Below are positions 40,028 through 49,818 of a DNA stretch of 64,000 nucleotides, in pieces (position 1 is the first letter of the stretch; every line of letters begins with the position of its first letter). Where the stretch lies: positions 73,205 through 137,204 of the forward strand of contig PCYA01000014.1 in assembly GCA_002762795.1 (NCBI GenBank), written 5' to 3'. Under the pieces are notes generated by a model that was given only the letters and a program-made list of their open reading frames with translations, ran no database searches and had not been told where the DNA came from. The position numbers were made by a program, and so were the translations under genes. This stretch comes from Candidatus Woesearchaeota archaeon CG10_big_fil_rev_8_21_14_0_10_37_12. GTDB taxonomy: Archaea > Nanobdellota > Nanobdellia > Woesearchaeales > ARS49.

Positions 40028-40753
40028 TCACTCTTTTGCCTCTTTCCAAAATCTTTCAAATAATTTCATATACGAATCTGCTGTTTCTTTACTTGTGATT
40101 AAGATGGCAAAAGGAGGCTTAGATGTGTACGTGACAATCAAAACCTTGTTTTTGTAAATCCATGTATCAGTTGGAAAATAGGAAATTGGTGTGAACTTTA
40201 ATTCCCCATATGTTATTTGTGTAACATCAACTCTCGGTCTGAAAGATTCATCATAAATAACCAAGGTCTTAATTTTTTTCTTTCTTTTTATGTCTTGATA
40301 TACTTTGTAATATGCTCCCATTGAATCAGCCATGTGTCCTGACGCAAAAACAACATGTTTATCTTTTGATGTTAGTTCTTTTAACATATTGTTCATTGCG
40401 GATTTAAGCCCTTTAACTCCCTCATAAATAGAAACTGTTTGTTTTGAAGCAGATTCTTTTTTCAGAATGTTTAATTCTGGAAGTAATGATTTTGCTAATT
40501 CTTGTTTCTCTTCCAAAAAATCCAGAAGTCGTGAAGGATCTACTGCCTGAAAATATTTTATGTTTTCTTTGATAACATATGAAGTGAGGCCTTTTTTTAT
40601 TAGAGATTCTAATGCGTCGTAGATAATGACTCTGTGCAAACCGGTTTTCTTTACAATCGCACCGGTTTTTGTTTCACCAATTTCTAACAACGCTCTGTAT
40701 GTGAGTGCTTCATTATGCGTTAATCCCAGTTCTTGTAATTGTTCGAGATTCAT
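40028..40753 (-). CDS. TrmB-like HTH regulator
   Basis: LGLT.NEA..Y.ALL..G, YEG.KG and F...W motifs. Confidence 0.9.
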   Translation of the reverse strand: MNLEQLQELGLTHNEALTYRALLEIGETKTGAIVKKTGLHRVIIYDALESLIKKGLTSYVIKENIKYFQAVDPSRLLDFLEEKQELAKSLLPELNILKKESASKQTVSIYEGVKGLKSAMNNMLKELTSKDKHVVFASGHMADSMGAYYKVYQDIKRKKKIKTLVIYDESFRPRVDVTQITYGELKFTPISYFPTDTWIYKNKVLIVTYTSKPPFAILITSKETADSYMKLFERFWKEAKE

Positions 40754-40859
40754 ACTGCATAGCAGTTTGTACTCTTATTTAAAATTTGTTATTTGTTATC
40801 AATATTTTATAACAACAATTTAAATGGCTGTTATTTTCAGCATTATTTGGTGGCTTACA

Positions 40860-41699
40860 ATGACAGACAAGAAAACAGAAGAAAAACAAGTGTTAGAGAA
40901 ATTTGCAGAAGCAGCAACCTGCCAAGGGTTAAAAGCAAGGGAAGAACTACGACATGTTGTTGATTCTCCCGATATGAGCAAACCATATTATGCAATTTGT
41001 CTTGACGGATACTTTGATACTTCTCCTGGTATCATGCTCAAACCAAATCCTCATGCAGTCAGGTGGCTTGCACGCTTTGCAGAAGCGTATGATAAAGATC
41101 AAGGAACTGATGTTGTTTCTCAACTAAACAGACTGTATGTGCCAAGAGAAGAATTGTTATTAATGATTGAGCGTGATTGGCACGCAACAGACTGGAAACT
41201 ACCTGATTACATAGACTGGGCACAGCACTTCGTAGGACCTGGTAAACCATTCGAAACATCACCCATTCGTCCCAATTATATTTCATTTCCAGAATTTGTC
41301 TCGCTTCCAGAAAAACTCGTCGAAATAAAATACATAACGCGCTTTGAGATGGGAACAGGAAGAGAAACAAGACATCAATGGATAGTTGGATACGGAAAAT
41401 TAAACTCTATCCCAGTGCCAATAGGAGAACCACGCGTTTTTGAACTCAGACCCAGTGAGTTTTATACACAAAGAGAAAAGCCTCAAGAACTAAAATTTCC
41501 AAGAAGTTGGGAAAATGCCTGTACAGAAGTATTTCCAGACCGTGAAGAAAAAGAATACGCGATTGTCCTCGCAGCACCACCAGAAGCTGACAGTTACATG
41601 TTAGGAAATAGAAAAATACGTGCAAAACAAACAAAACGAGGAGACATCAAAAAAATAGAAAAAATATTCCAAGCAGTACAATATTACAAGACATCTTAA
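40860..41699 (+). CDS. Hypothetical protein, divergent from TrmB-like regulator
   Basis: ~279-aa ORF; no recognised motif. Confidence 0.7.
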   Translation: MTDKKTEEKQVLEKFAEAATCQGLKAREELRHVVDSPDMSKPYYAICLDGYFDTSPGIMLKPNPHAVRWLARFAEAYDKDQGTDVVSQLNRLYVPREELLLMIERDWHATDWKLPDYIDWAQHFVGPGKPFETSPIRPNYISFPEFVSLPEKLVEIKYITRFEMGTGRETRHQWIVGYGKLNSIPVPIGEPRVFELRPSEFYTQREKPQELKFPRSWENACTEVFPDREEKEYAIVLAAPPEADSYMLGNRKIRAKQTKRGDIKKIEKIFQAVQYYKTS

Positions 41700-41771
41700 C
41701 CCAACGAAGAATCTTTTCGTTTTCTTCATCAATAGAACTCCCATTAACTGCATAACGACCAAGTAAAAAAA

Positions 41772-42527
41772 TTATTTTTTAGCCCTTTCCCATATATCAT
41801 TGAAATGGTTTGTGTAAATTTCTGCTAATTTTTTGTTTTGTATTTTGAATGATATTAATCGTCCTTCATCAGATATGTGTGTAACAACAGTATCTTTGTA
41901 AATAGTTATTCCTACAGGTATTTTTTCTTTTGTATAAAGCATAATGTTGTTAAATCTGTTGCCATACATTTCGTGAAACATTTCTTTCATTGTTTCTGGC
42001 GCAAGAAGTCTTAATTTGATTCCTCTTTCTTTGATGCGTTTATTGTGTTGAATAAAAAATAAACGCAGGTTTTTTGGCTCTCTTGCTGTTTGTCCAACAA
42101 CAAATGCTTGATAAGTGTCGCCTTTTTTGAGTCTTTTCAATAACTCTGCAAAAATCATTTGAAATCCTTTGAATCCTTCATAGACTTCCATTATTGTTCT
42201 GTCTCTGAAGAGTTTTTGTTGTTGTTTGAGTTCAGGTAGTATTTGTTTGATTTGTTCTTTTTGTTCTTGTAATTCTGCAATTTTATTCTCGAGTAATGCA
42301 GGCAAGTTTTCTGGATCAATTGCGGAAAACTGCTTTCTATTTCCTTTCAGGGCATAAGTAATAAGCCCTTTTTCCATTAATGTATTCAGGCAATAATAAA
42401 CGCTTGAACTTTGCAGTCCTGAATGTTTTGCAATCGGGCTATTTGTGCTTGGACCTAATTTCAAAAGAGTTAGATAAACTTCTATTTCGCCGTCTGTTAA
42501 TCCCAGGCTTTTCAATTCCTCTATCAT
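41772..42527 (-). CDS. TrmB-like HTH regulator
   Basis: Same family motifs as the other TrmB-like genes. Confidence 0.9.
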   Translation of the reverse strand: MIEELKSLGLTDGEIEVYLTLLKLGPSTNSPIAKHSGLQSSSVYYCLNTLMEKGLITYALKGNRKQFSAIDPENLPALLENKIAELQEQKEQIKQILPELKQQQKLFRDRTIMEVYEGFKGFQMIFAELLKRLKKGDTYQAFVVGQTAREPKNLRLFFIQHNKRIKERGIKLRLLAPETMKEMFHEMYGNRFNNIMLYTKEKIPVGITIYKDTVVTHISDEGRLISFKIQNKKLAEIYTNHFNDIWERAKK

Positions 42528-42582
42528 TCAACAGTTACTGTTGAATGAAAGTTTATATGCTTTGTGGTTTTTACAACACGTA

Positions 42583-43665
42583 ATGAAAGTGATGACAACA
42601 TTAATGACGACCGTGCTTGTGTTAATTCTGATTAGTTGCACTACAAATAATGAAACAATCAAAATCGGGGGAGTGTTTCATTTAACAGGCCCTGCTGCTG
42701 TTTGGGGCGAGGGCGAGATGAATGCTGCTGCTTTGGCTGTAGAAGAGATTAACAATGCAGGCGGAATTAATGGAAAACAAACAGAACTTATTATCGAGGA
42801 TTCTAAAACTGATTTTACTACAACAACTACTGCGTTCAGAAAACTAATTGAGTTAGATGAAATAAAAATGATTGTTGGTCCTACTTGGTTTGGGCAAGTT
42901 GCGTATCAAATTGCGGATGAAACGGGAACAATAATTATTTCTCCGTCGACAGGAACAAGTACGCCATCAACAATCTATTTTTTCAATTTGTGGCCGCATG
43001 AACGAGCACAAATCATTCCTGAAATAGAATATATGAAAACAGAAGGAATTAAAAAAATCGCAATTGTACATACCACAAATGAATGGTCTGAATCAATGAA
43101 GCAAAATTTTGTTGATGAAGCAAGAAAACAGAATTTAACAATTGTTAAAGAGTTTGGCTCTGCTCCTGATGAACAGGATTTCAAAACAATCATTACGCAA
43201 TTAAAACAGTTGGATATTGATGTAGTGTATGCTCCGTTTGCGTTTTACCCATCACAAGGCGCGTTTAGTAAGCAAGCTAAAGAGTTAGGGTTAACAATTC
43301 CAATTTATTCTACAGATGGAACAGAAAATGTCGAGTTGCTAACTGCATTTCCTGAAATTGAAGGAACTATTTACCCTTATCGAACAAAAGGGCCAAGAGA
43401 AGATGAGTTTATTTCGAACTACAGAGCAAAGTTCAATAAAGATCCTTCTCCAGCGTCAGCGTATGCGTATGATGCTGTTATGTTGCTTGTAGGTACGCTA
43501 AAAGAGGGGAAACAAAGCCCTGATGAAATTGCTGATTATTTGCGCTCAATTAAAAATCATATTGGTGCGTCAAACAGAATCACATTTGATGAATTTGGAA
43601 GAGTTGCTGAAAAACCTTACGAGATGAAAATTGTTGAAAATAACTCGTTCATAATAATATCTTAA
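42583..43665 (+). CDS. LivJ-like binding lipoprotein
   Basis: LISC lipobox, LAVEEINNAGGING and AYAYDA motifs; divergent from the TrmB-like gene. Confidence 0.9.
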   Translation: MKVMTTLMTTVLVLILISCTTNNETIKIGGVFHLTGPAAVWGEGEMNAAALAVEEINNAGGINGKQTELIIEDSKTDFTTTTTAFRKLIELDEIKMIVGPTWFGQVAYQIADETGTIIISPSTGTSTPSTIYFFNLWPHERAQIIPEIEYMKTEGIKKIAIVHTTNEWSESMKQNFVDEARKQNLTIVKEFGSAPDEQDFKTIITQLKQLDIDVVYAPFAFYPSQGAFSKQAKELGLTIPIYSTDGTENVELLTAFPEIEGTIYPYRTKGPREDEFISNYRAKFNKDPSPASAYAYDAVMLLVGTLKEGKQSPDEIADYLRSIKNHIGASNRITFDEFGRVAEKPYEMKIVENNSFIIIS

Positions 43666-43790
43666 GGCAACTTTGAATTAATCAGTTTTTTGGTGAATGG
43701 CGTGAACGCCCTGTGATTTTTGTCGTCGGTATTCAAAGTTGGCTTAGGGAACTTTGAGGTATTTTTATTAATTTTTCAAAGTTCCCTTAA
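43662..43790. repeat. Double inverted-repeat element (four copies of a ~14-bp motif)
   Basis: TAAGGCAACTTTGAAT/ATTCAAAGTTGGCTTA and AGGGAACTTTGA/TCAAAGTTCCCT. Confidence 0.75.
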
Positions 43791-43848
43791 TTTTATCTTC
43801 GTCTTGTGGTTACACATTTTTTTATAAGATGGCTGTTTTAATTTTGTT

Positions 43849-44274
43849 ATGAAAGGGTGGTATGTATTTTTATTGCTTGCATTAGTCGCGTGCTCTACGC
43901 CTGAGCAATTGACAGCTCAAGTAGTTCAGGAATCACCGCAGCAAGTTGAGCCAACAAAACCTGTGCAACAGACTGCGCAAGCAACTGTTTGTACGCCTTC
44001 AAGAAGTATTGGTGAAGCGTGCAAGCAGGATTGTAATTGTCTTGAACCAAGTAACTGTGTTAATGGCGTTTGCCGTTTGACTTATTTGAGAAAAGGCGAA
44101 CAGTGTGTTGAAAATGAGCAGTGTTTAACAAATTATTGCACGAATGATTACAAATGCGGAGTTATATCAGGGGAAACGAAAACAGTCCATTGCAAACGTC
44201 AATGTTCTGATTATTATGATCGCAGTGAGAGATGTTTTACCATGTGCGAGGAATCTTTTTCAGAAAAAGTTTAA
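43849..44274 (+). CDS. Cys-rich lipoprotein
   Basis: LVAC lipobox; two G..C.....C....C...C disulfide-knot-like repeats. Confidence 0.8.
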   Translation: MKGWYVFLLLALVACSTPEQLTAQVVQESPQQVEPTKPVQQTAQATVCTPSRSIGEACKQDCNCLEPSNCVNGVCRLTYLRKGEQCVENEQCLTNYCTNDYKCGVISGETKTVHCKRQCSDYYDRSERCFTMCEESFSEKV

Positions 44275-44364
44275 GAATGGTTTGTAAATCAAAGTTTTAT
44301 GGAGTAAATATTTTCGGATATTTAGAAGATTACAGTTATAAACGAAAGGGTTCACGAATAAAAA

Positions 44365-45162
44365 ATGAGCGATAGAAGAACGTTGGATTGTGTTGTAGCT
44401 GCTGTGCAAGGGTTCTGGTCAGATGATGGCTGGGTTGATTGCCTTACTGGAGATGAAAATCCTTTGCCTGAACGAACTTTAGATAAAGGCAAAATTTATC
44501 ATTTTGGTAGGGGAACGCAGTCAGATCGTTTTGTTGAACTAAGTACCTCGCATGAAAGTATTGAACAAGGAGCTCATTTTAATTTAGTGCGAGGTCGCTA
44601 TTGGGAGTTACGTTCTGACGTTGATAGACCGTTAGTTGTTGAAAAAATTGATAAAGGAAAAAAGCGGGTTTTTGTGCTTGGTGCTTGTGAAGATAATAAC
44701 ACAGATAGGTATGTCAGCGTGTTTAAAACAGTTGGAAGGCCAAAAGAAGATGCTCAACAACTCAAGTTAGGAGTAACATTTAAGGAGAGGCTTTCTGATA
44801 ATGGTTTTCTTGTTTGTCAGTATCGTGTTATTGAGAGAACAAAAGATCAGTTGTATGCGTACCGAACTTACAAAGGAGCAAAAGATAATGGACTTTTTAA
44901 GTTAACAGAATTCGAGCTTGCGGGTGATCAGAGAACTTGGCTTGAAGTTCCAAAGGATGAGCGACAGCCTGTTCCGTATGTGCTCATTAACGAAAGAGGA
45001 TTGAGCATACCATTGCAAAAGGGTTCATTATATCATGTATATCCACTGTGCGATGTTGCATTAGTTGATGGTAAGTCAATGAGAGTTTGTACATACAACA
45101 CTAATGGGAACGATATGCGAGTTGAGTTGCAAGTAAAAAATTCTGCAAGTTTAGCACAGTAA
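44365..45162 (+). CDS. Hypothetical protein
   Basis: 265-aa ORF; no recognised motif. Confidence 0.65.
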   Translation: MSDRRTLDCVVAAVQGFWSDDGWVDCLTGDENPLPERTLDKGKIYHFGRGTQSDRFVELSTSHESIEQGAHFNLVRGRYWELRSDVDRPLVVEKIDKGKKRVFVLGACEDNNTDRYVSVFKTVGRPKEDAQQLKLGVTFKERLSDNGFLVCQYRVIERTKDQLYAYRTYKGAKDNGLFKLTEFELAGDQRTWLEVPKDERQPVPYVLINERGLSIPLQKGSLYHVYPLCDVALVDGKSMRVCTYNTNGNDMRVELQVKNSASLAQ

Positions 45163-45209
45163 CGATTAGTTTTTAAAGTCAATTAGCAATTATCAGTTGA
45201 GGGATTCAT

Positions 45210-46583
45210 TTGGGACATTTCAAAGACGAAATTTTAATTTCTTTGGCAGAGAATGGAAATATTGCTCAATTTGTGAGTTATGATCCTAAAGGAAATCAGC
45301 GTTTTTCTTGTGTGAATGGGTTTCAAACAAATCATAAGTTTGCTTCAATTGAAGAAAGCGTAAAAATTTTGTTTGATAAAGCACAGGATGGTGAATTGGA
45401 AATCAGATCTTTTAAACCAGATGATCCGAAGGGCCAGCCATTTATTCGTCATTTAACAACTGTTAAAGAAACGGTTGCAAAAGCAAAAGAGATGCTTGAG
45501 CAAGGTCTGTTCATCATCATTCATGAAGAAGTTGAAGACGCAGGAAAAACTTCTGGTGTGTTGCTTGGCAATGTAATTGAGTTTGCTCCGTTGACTACAC
45601 CTCGTTGTGTTGAGCTGGCTGAGACAGATAAACAAGGGTTTGCTGCATCGCTTCCTAAAAATATTGCGTTAAAGTTTTTTGAAAAAATTTATGGGTTTAT
45701 TCCTAGTTTGAATTTTCCTGATGATATGCGTGTTGAATTTAGTTTGTTGCCAAAACCGTATGGCCATAAGCAAGATCATGTAATGACTTGGGAGTTAGAG
45801 AATGTTGGAAATACAAAAACAGTCGCTTCGTGGGATTGGCCGAACAGGTTTAGCAAGTTTATCGGTGATAAAACCTATGGTTTGTTGATAGCTGATGTGC
45901 TTGGTTTGCTTGTTCCAAGAACGCAAGTTATTGGCAGGGAAGTGTTTTTTGTTTTTGGCACGCCAACTGGTTCTGCTGTTAAGTGGACGCGTACTGCTCC
46001 TGCTGAACAAACGCCGGGCAAGTTTACAACAATAAGAGGTTATGTTGATCCGTTTGAATTGCTGAAAAAAGAGGATGAGAATAAAGCAATAGCTGCTGTT
46101 CTTGTGCAGGACGAAGTTCCGTTTGAGTATTCTGGGACTGTTTCTATCAAATCAGACAACTCTTTGTTAATTGAGGGTGTAAAAGGGCAAGGTGATAATT
46201 TTATGCTTGGCAAGCAATCTCCAGATGATCTTCCTGAAACAGTTGTGCAAGCATTAGAAAAACTTTGTTATCAAGCAAAAAACATTCTCGGACCTGTTCG
46301 CATGGAGTGGGTGTTTGATGGCAAACAAGCTTGGGTTGTGCAATTGCATAAATGTGAAGTGCAGTCAAAAGATGATGTGATTGTTCCTGGCAATCCAGAA
46401 AAGTGGAAGCAGTTTGTTTTAACTGAAGATAAGGGTCTTGAAGAATTAAGAAAGTTTAGCGAGCAAGCAAAGCAAGGAGGTTTTGGTGTTGAGGTTGTTG
46501 GCAATTTTGGTTTAACAAGTCATGTTGGTGATATTTTAAGAAAAGCAAATGTTCCTGCTAAGAGAGTTAAGCTGAAGAGTTAA
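45210..46583 (+). CDS. PEP-utiliser-like protein (ATP-grasp-like plus phospho-His swivel domain)
   Basis: MEWVFDGKQAWVVQ resembles the PPDK/PEPS ATP-grasp end; GLTSHVGDILRKANVP resembles the swivel-domain TSH motif. TTG start after GAGG. Confidence 0.6.
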   Translation: MGHFKDEILISLAENGNIAQFVSYDPKGNQRFSCVNGFQTNHKFASIEESVKILFDKAQDGELEIRSFKPDDPKGQPFIRHLTTVKETVAKAKEMLEQGLFIIIHEEVEDAGKTSGVLLGNVIEFAPLTTPRCVELAETDKQGFAASLPKNIALKFFEKIYGFIPSLNFPDDMRVEFSLLPKPYGHKQDHVMTWELENVGNTKTVASWDWPNRFSKFIGDKTYGLLIADVLGLLVPRTQVIGREVFFVFGTPTGSAVKWTRTAPAEQTPGKFTTIRGYVDPFELLKKEDENKAIAAVLVQDEVPFEYSGTVSIKSDNSLLIEGVKGQGDNFMLGKQSPDDLPETVVQALEKLCYQAKNILGPVRMEWVFDGKQAWVVQLHKCEVQSKDDVIVPGNPEKWKQFVLTEDKGLEELRKFSEQAKQGGFGVEVVGNFGLTSHVGDILRKANVPAKRVKLKS

Positions 46584-46665
46584 CTTTTTAAAGCTCTGTT
46601 TTTCTGTTTGTGTTGTCCTTGCTGCTTATGGTCTGCAAAGACGCAAGTAGCGCCTTAGGACAATT

Positions 46666-46762
46666 GCCGAAGTAGTATAGTCCGGTCAAGTATGCGGCCC
46701 TCTCGAATACAATAAAAGTATAGAGTCCGGCTGAAACCCGGGTTCGAATCCCGGCTTCGGCA
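46666..46762 (+). tRNA. tRNA-Glu(CTC) with 22-nt intron (46706-46727)
   Basis: Acceptor GCCGAAG/CTTCGGC; canonical bulge-helix-bulge CTCT-CGA-ATAC...GTAT-AGAG-TCC. Confidence 0.92.
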
Positions 46763-46775
46763 TATTACATCAAAA

Positions 46776-46970
46776 ATGGAAAAATACAAAAGATTCCTTA
46801 GAAAAATCAAATGGTTTTTAGACTTTGCATCAAAACTTACGATAGGTGTTGCCGGTGGCTTAACAGTTATTTCAGCAACAAAAGGAGCATCTTATTTTCT
46901 ATTAGCAGTTTGGGCATTAACACTTTTTGCTGGCATAGGAGCTTGTTTTTTACTTGATCAAGTAGATTAG
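46776..46970 (+). CDS. Small 2-TM protein
   Basis: 64 aa with two hydrophobic helices. Confidence 0.5.
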   Translation: MEKYKRFLRKIKWFLDFASKLTIGVAGGLTVISATKGASYFLLAVWALTLFAGIGACFLLDQVD

Positions 46971-47725
46971 TTTTGCTTTGTCCCTTCCACAAACCAGTCC
47001 CACATTTTTGGTTTGCCTGAGAATGCGATGTATCCTGATACGTCTCTTCCCCACGGATAGTACACTTTGCTTAATGTAATGTTCTTAAATCCTGCGTCTT
47101 TTAATCTAACGTCTAATTCAAATCCGTAATAGAATTTTTGTACTGTTCCTTCATAAGTGTATGTTGCTTTGACGAAATCGTGTTGTTTTTCTTCGAGTAA
47201 TTGTTTTGTTTTTTTGCGTGCTTTTTGTTCGTCTTTTTCTTCTGCTATTTGGCTGTCGAGAATGAGCATTCCCTGATATAATACTGCGTCCATTGATGGA
47301 AATATGCCAAAGAATTTGCCGTTTGGTTTCAAAACAGAATGTAGTGCTTCAAGGGCGGTTTTCACATCAGTAATTGTTGGTCCTAATACTGAATTTATTG
47401 CGAGCACAACATCAAATTTTTGTTTGTATTTGTCGAGTTGAGAAAAGGAGTTCACACCATAGGTTATGTTTTTTGCCGAATTTATTTTCTTTGCTTCTTT
47501 GATCATTTCAGGAGAAAAATCAAAGGCGTAAACGTGTTTGAATTGTTTTGCAAGTTTGTCCAGTATTTCTCCTCGTCCACAGCCTATGTCTGCTATTGTT
47601 TTGTTTTTCTTGTCAGGAATTTTGTTTAATTTTCGAAATAAGGGATTGTTTACTCCTTTGCGTAATGGGCTGACTATTTCTTCATGGTATATTTTTGCTA
47701 TTTTATCCCAATCTTTTGGTTTCAT
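46967..47725 (-). CDS. Class I SAM-dependent methyltransferase
   Basis: IADIGCGRG, DFSPEM, FDVV and LKPNG motifs; ATGA overlap with the ABC gene. Confidence 0.9.
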   Translation of the reverse strand: MKPKDWDKIAKIYHEEIVSPLRKGVNNPLFRKLNKIPDKKNKTIADIGCGRGEILDKLAKQFKHVYAFDFSPEMIKEAKKINSAKNITYGVNSFSQLDKYKQKFDVVLAINSVLGPTITDVKTALEALHSVLKPNGKFFGIFPSMDAVLYQGMLILDSQIAEEKDEQKARKKTKQLLEEKQHDFVKATYTYEGTVQKFYYGFELDVRLKDAGFKNITLSKVYYPWGRDVSGYIAFSGKPKMWDWFVEGTKQN

Positions 47726-49500
47726 TTTTCTTGCATCTCCCGTTTTTGTGTGTATTTTTTCCAAATCTTTAAGAATTCTCCATTTTTCAATACTTCAGTC
47801 AATGTTCCTCTAGCAACTATATTGCCTTTTTTAAACAAATAAATTTTATCAAAGTGAGTAAGCAAATGCAATCTATGTATTGAGGAAATTATGGTTTTAT
47901 TTTTGAATTCTGAAAATATTCCTTTGTATATTTGTAGTTCATTTTTTGGATCGACACTGCTTGTTGGTTCATCCAATAATAAGATTGGTTTGTTTTCAGA
48001 AGCAAGCAGGCCTCTTGTGAGGGCCAGTCTTTGTTTCTCGCCACCGCTTAAATTGACTCCTTTTTCTACTATTGATGAGTCTAATCCTCTTGGAAGTTTT
48101 TTAATAATTTTTGTAAAGCAAGCAATGTTTCCATATTTTTTTATTTGACTGTCAGAATATCTGCCGCCCATTGTTATGTTTTCTCGTATTGTTGTTGTGA
48201 AAAGTTCAGGATCTTGTGGCAAAAGTAATATGTTGGATCCTATCGCGTTAAATCCTTGCTGGATATGTTTATTATCTACAAGCAAGTTAACTTGTTTAGG
48301 TTTGTATAGTCCTCGAAGTAATTTAAGAAATGTTGTTTTTCCGCTACCACTCTCTCCAACAAGTGCTATTCTTTCGTTTCTTTTTATGGACAGCGATATT
48401 GAATTAAGATGTAATTCCCCTTCATCACCCGCATAATTAAAACTCAGGTTGTTGATGGATATTTTTTGCCAATTATTGTTAAGATTGATCTGTTTTATTG
48501 TTTGTTCATTTTTAAACTCATTGCTTATTTCTTCTGCATTCTCAACTGCAGTTTTCCATCTAACTATATCTCCATACCTGTAAGCAAATCTGAAAAATAT
48601 ATCCTTTATGCGCTCAACATATCCATACAGTGCGTAAAGTGATCCAATTAAAATGGGCAATCCTGCATGATAGTTTTTGAAGATGTAAGTTCCAAGAACT
48701 AAAAACATCATGATTCCTCCAAATAAAGATACCAAAAACCATTTCACTTCGTTAAGTTTAGCGTTTTCTTTGAATATTGAGAATGGTGCAAGCATTCTTT
48801 GAAGAATTTGTTTTGATGCAAGTTTTTCTAAACGTAAAATTACTACTGTTGTTATGTTGCTTATAGTATCGTAGACTTTTTCAGTTATTCTATTGTCTGC
48901 TAGATTTAACTCTCTATATTGTTTTCTTAATTTATTATCATATGTAAAAATAACATGCAAGGTTATCAGAATAACAAATGCAACAATGTATGCTGAATGA
49001 ATATTAAAATATACCAAAGCAAAGTAAGATCCTACTAGTTTCATTATTGTATCTATTACTTCAAAAGTAGTTCCTGAATACTGTTCAAGTGCAACTGTGC
49101 CTTTTTCTATTTTGTCAATAGTATTTCCTGAGTGATGGTTTGTATGCCAGTCCATTGGCAAATTCATTGTGCCATCAATCAAACTTTTCTTGTAATTGAC
49201 TTCAACCATGAATGCGTTTTTTCGTTCAATAACTCTTGCAGGCCCGTGAAAAATCCAAAACCCGAGAACAAGTAAGATAAATAAAAAGAGCAGTCCCAGA
49301 ATTGTTGGAATGTTGCCTGAATGAATTCCCTGTTCTTGAATTATATTCAATAATTTTGCAACAATGAGTGGCTCAAAGAATGCTACAATGCCTGAGCAAA
49401 AAAATAGGAAAGTACACAAAATCAATGAAGAACGATTTCCTTTTGAATAAGTCCACATTAATCTTGTTAAATAAATAATAGGATCGTCTTTAAAGCTCAT
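47722..49500 (-). CDS. ABC exporter, fused permease/ATPase (MdlB-like)
   Basis: TM domain plus GESGSGKTT, LSGGEKQR and LLDEPTSS motifs. Confidence 0.92.
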   Translation of the reverse strand: MSFKDDPIIYLTRLMWTYSKGNRSSLILCTFLFFCSGIVAFFEPLIVAKLLNIIQEQGIHSGNIPTILGLLFLFILLVLGFWIFHGPARVIERKNAFMVEVNYKKSLIDGTMNLPMDWHTNHHSGNTIDKIEKGTVALEQYSGTTFEVIDTIMKLVGSYFALVYFNIHSAYIVAFVILITLHVIFTYDNKLRKQYRELNLADNRITEKVYDTISNITTVVILRLEKLASKQILQRMLAPFSIFKENAKLNEVKWFLVSLFGGIMMFLVLGTYIFKNYHAGLPILIGSLYALYGYVERIKDIFFRFAYRYGDIVRWKTAVENAEEISNEFKNEQTIKQINLNNNWQKISINNLSFNYAGDEGELHLNSISLSIKRNERIALVGESGSGKTTFLKLLRGLYKPKQVNLLVDNKHIQQGFNAIGSNILLLPQDPELFTTTIRENITMGGRYSDSQIKKYGNIACFTKIIKKLPRGLDSSIVEKGVNLSGGEKQRLALTRGLLASENKPILLLDEPTSSVDPKNELQIYKGIFSEFKNKTIISSIHRLHLLTHFDKIYLFKKGNIVARGTLTEVLKNGEFLKIWKKYTQKREMQEK

Positions 49501-49561
49501 CAGTAAAGAAAAAGAGCAGCCCTTTTTATGGAATCGTTGTCACCAAAGAATGATAATAATC

Positions 49562-49576
49562 AAAAAGTTTTTATAG
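49562..49576 (+). promoter_or_regulatory. BRE/TATA-like promoter upstream of the aspS leader
   Basis: AAAAAG-TTTTTATA lies ~27 nt before the leader RBS GGAGGT (49602-49607). Confidence 0.55.
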
Positions 49577-49614
49577 ATGGTGTTCTCTCAAAAAGCAAAT
49601 TGGAGGTAAAACCA

Positions 49615-49695
49615 ATGAAAGAACAAATAAGAAGTAAACAAAAAATATCCTTTTCTGCTAGTGTAACTACTAATTCTAATAACAATAATAATTAA
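49615..49695 (+). CDS. Putative Asn-rich leader peptide MKEQIRSKQKISFSASVTTNSNNNNN
   Basis: GGAGGT RBS 7 nt upstream; 6 of the last 7 codons are Asn; lies immediately upstream of aspS. Confidence 0.65.
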   Translation: MKEQIRSKQKISFSASVTTNSNNNNN

Positions 49696-49818
49696 TTGTG
49701 CAATTCATCTAAACGAAATGTTTTGGCGCTTGATCAAGTGCTAATCTTTTCTGAAAAGTGAGTTGTAAATCATTCAAAACAAGTTAAGAAAGAATAGCGA
49801 TAGCCATGGAGGATTAAA

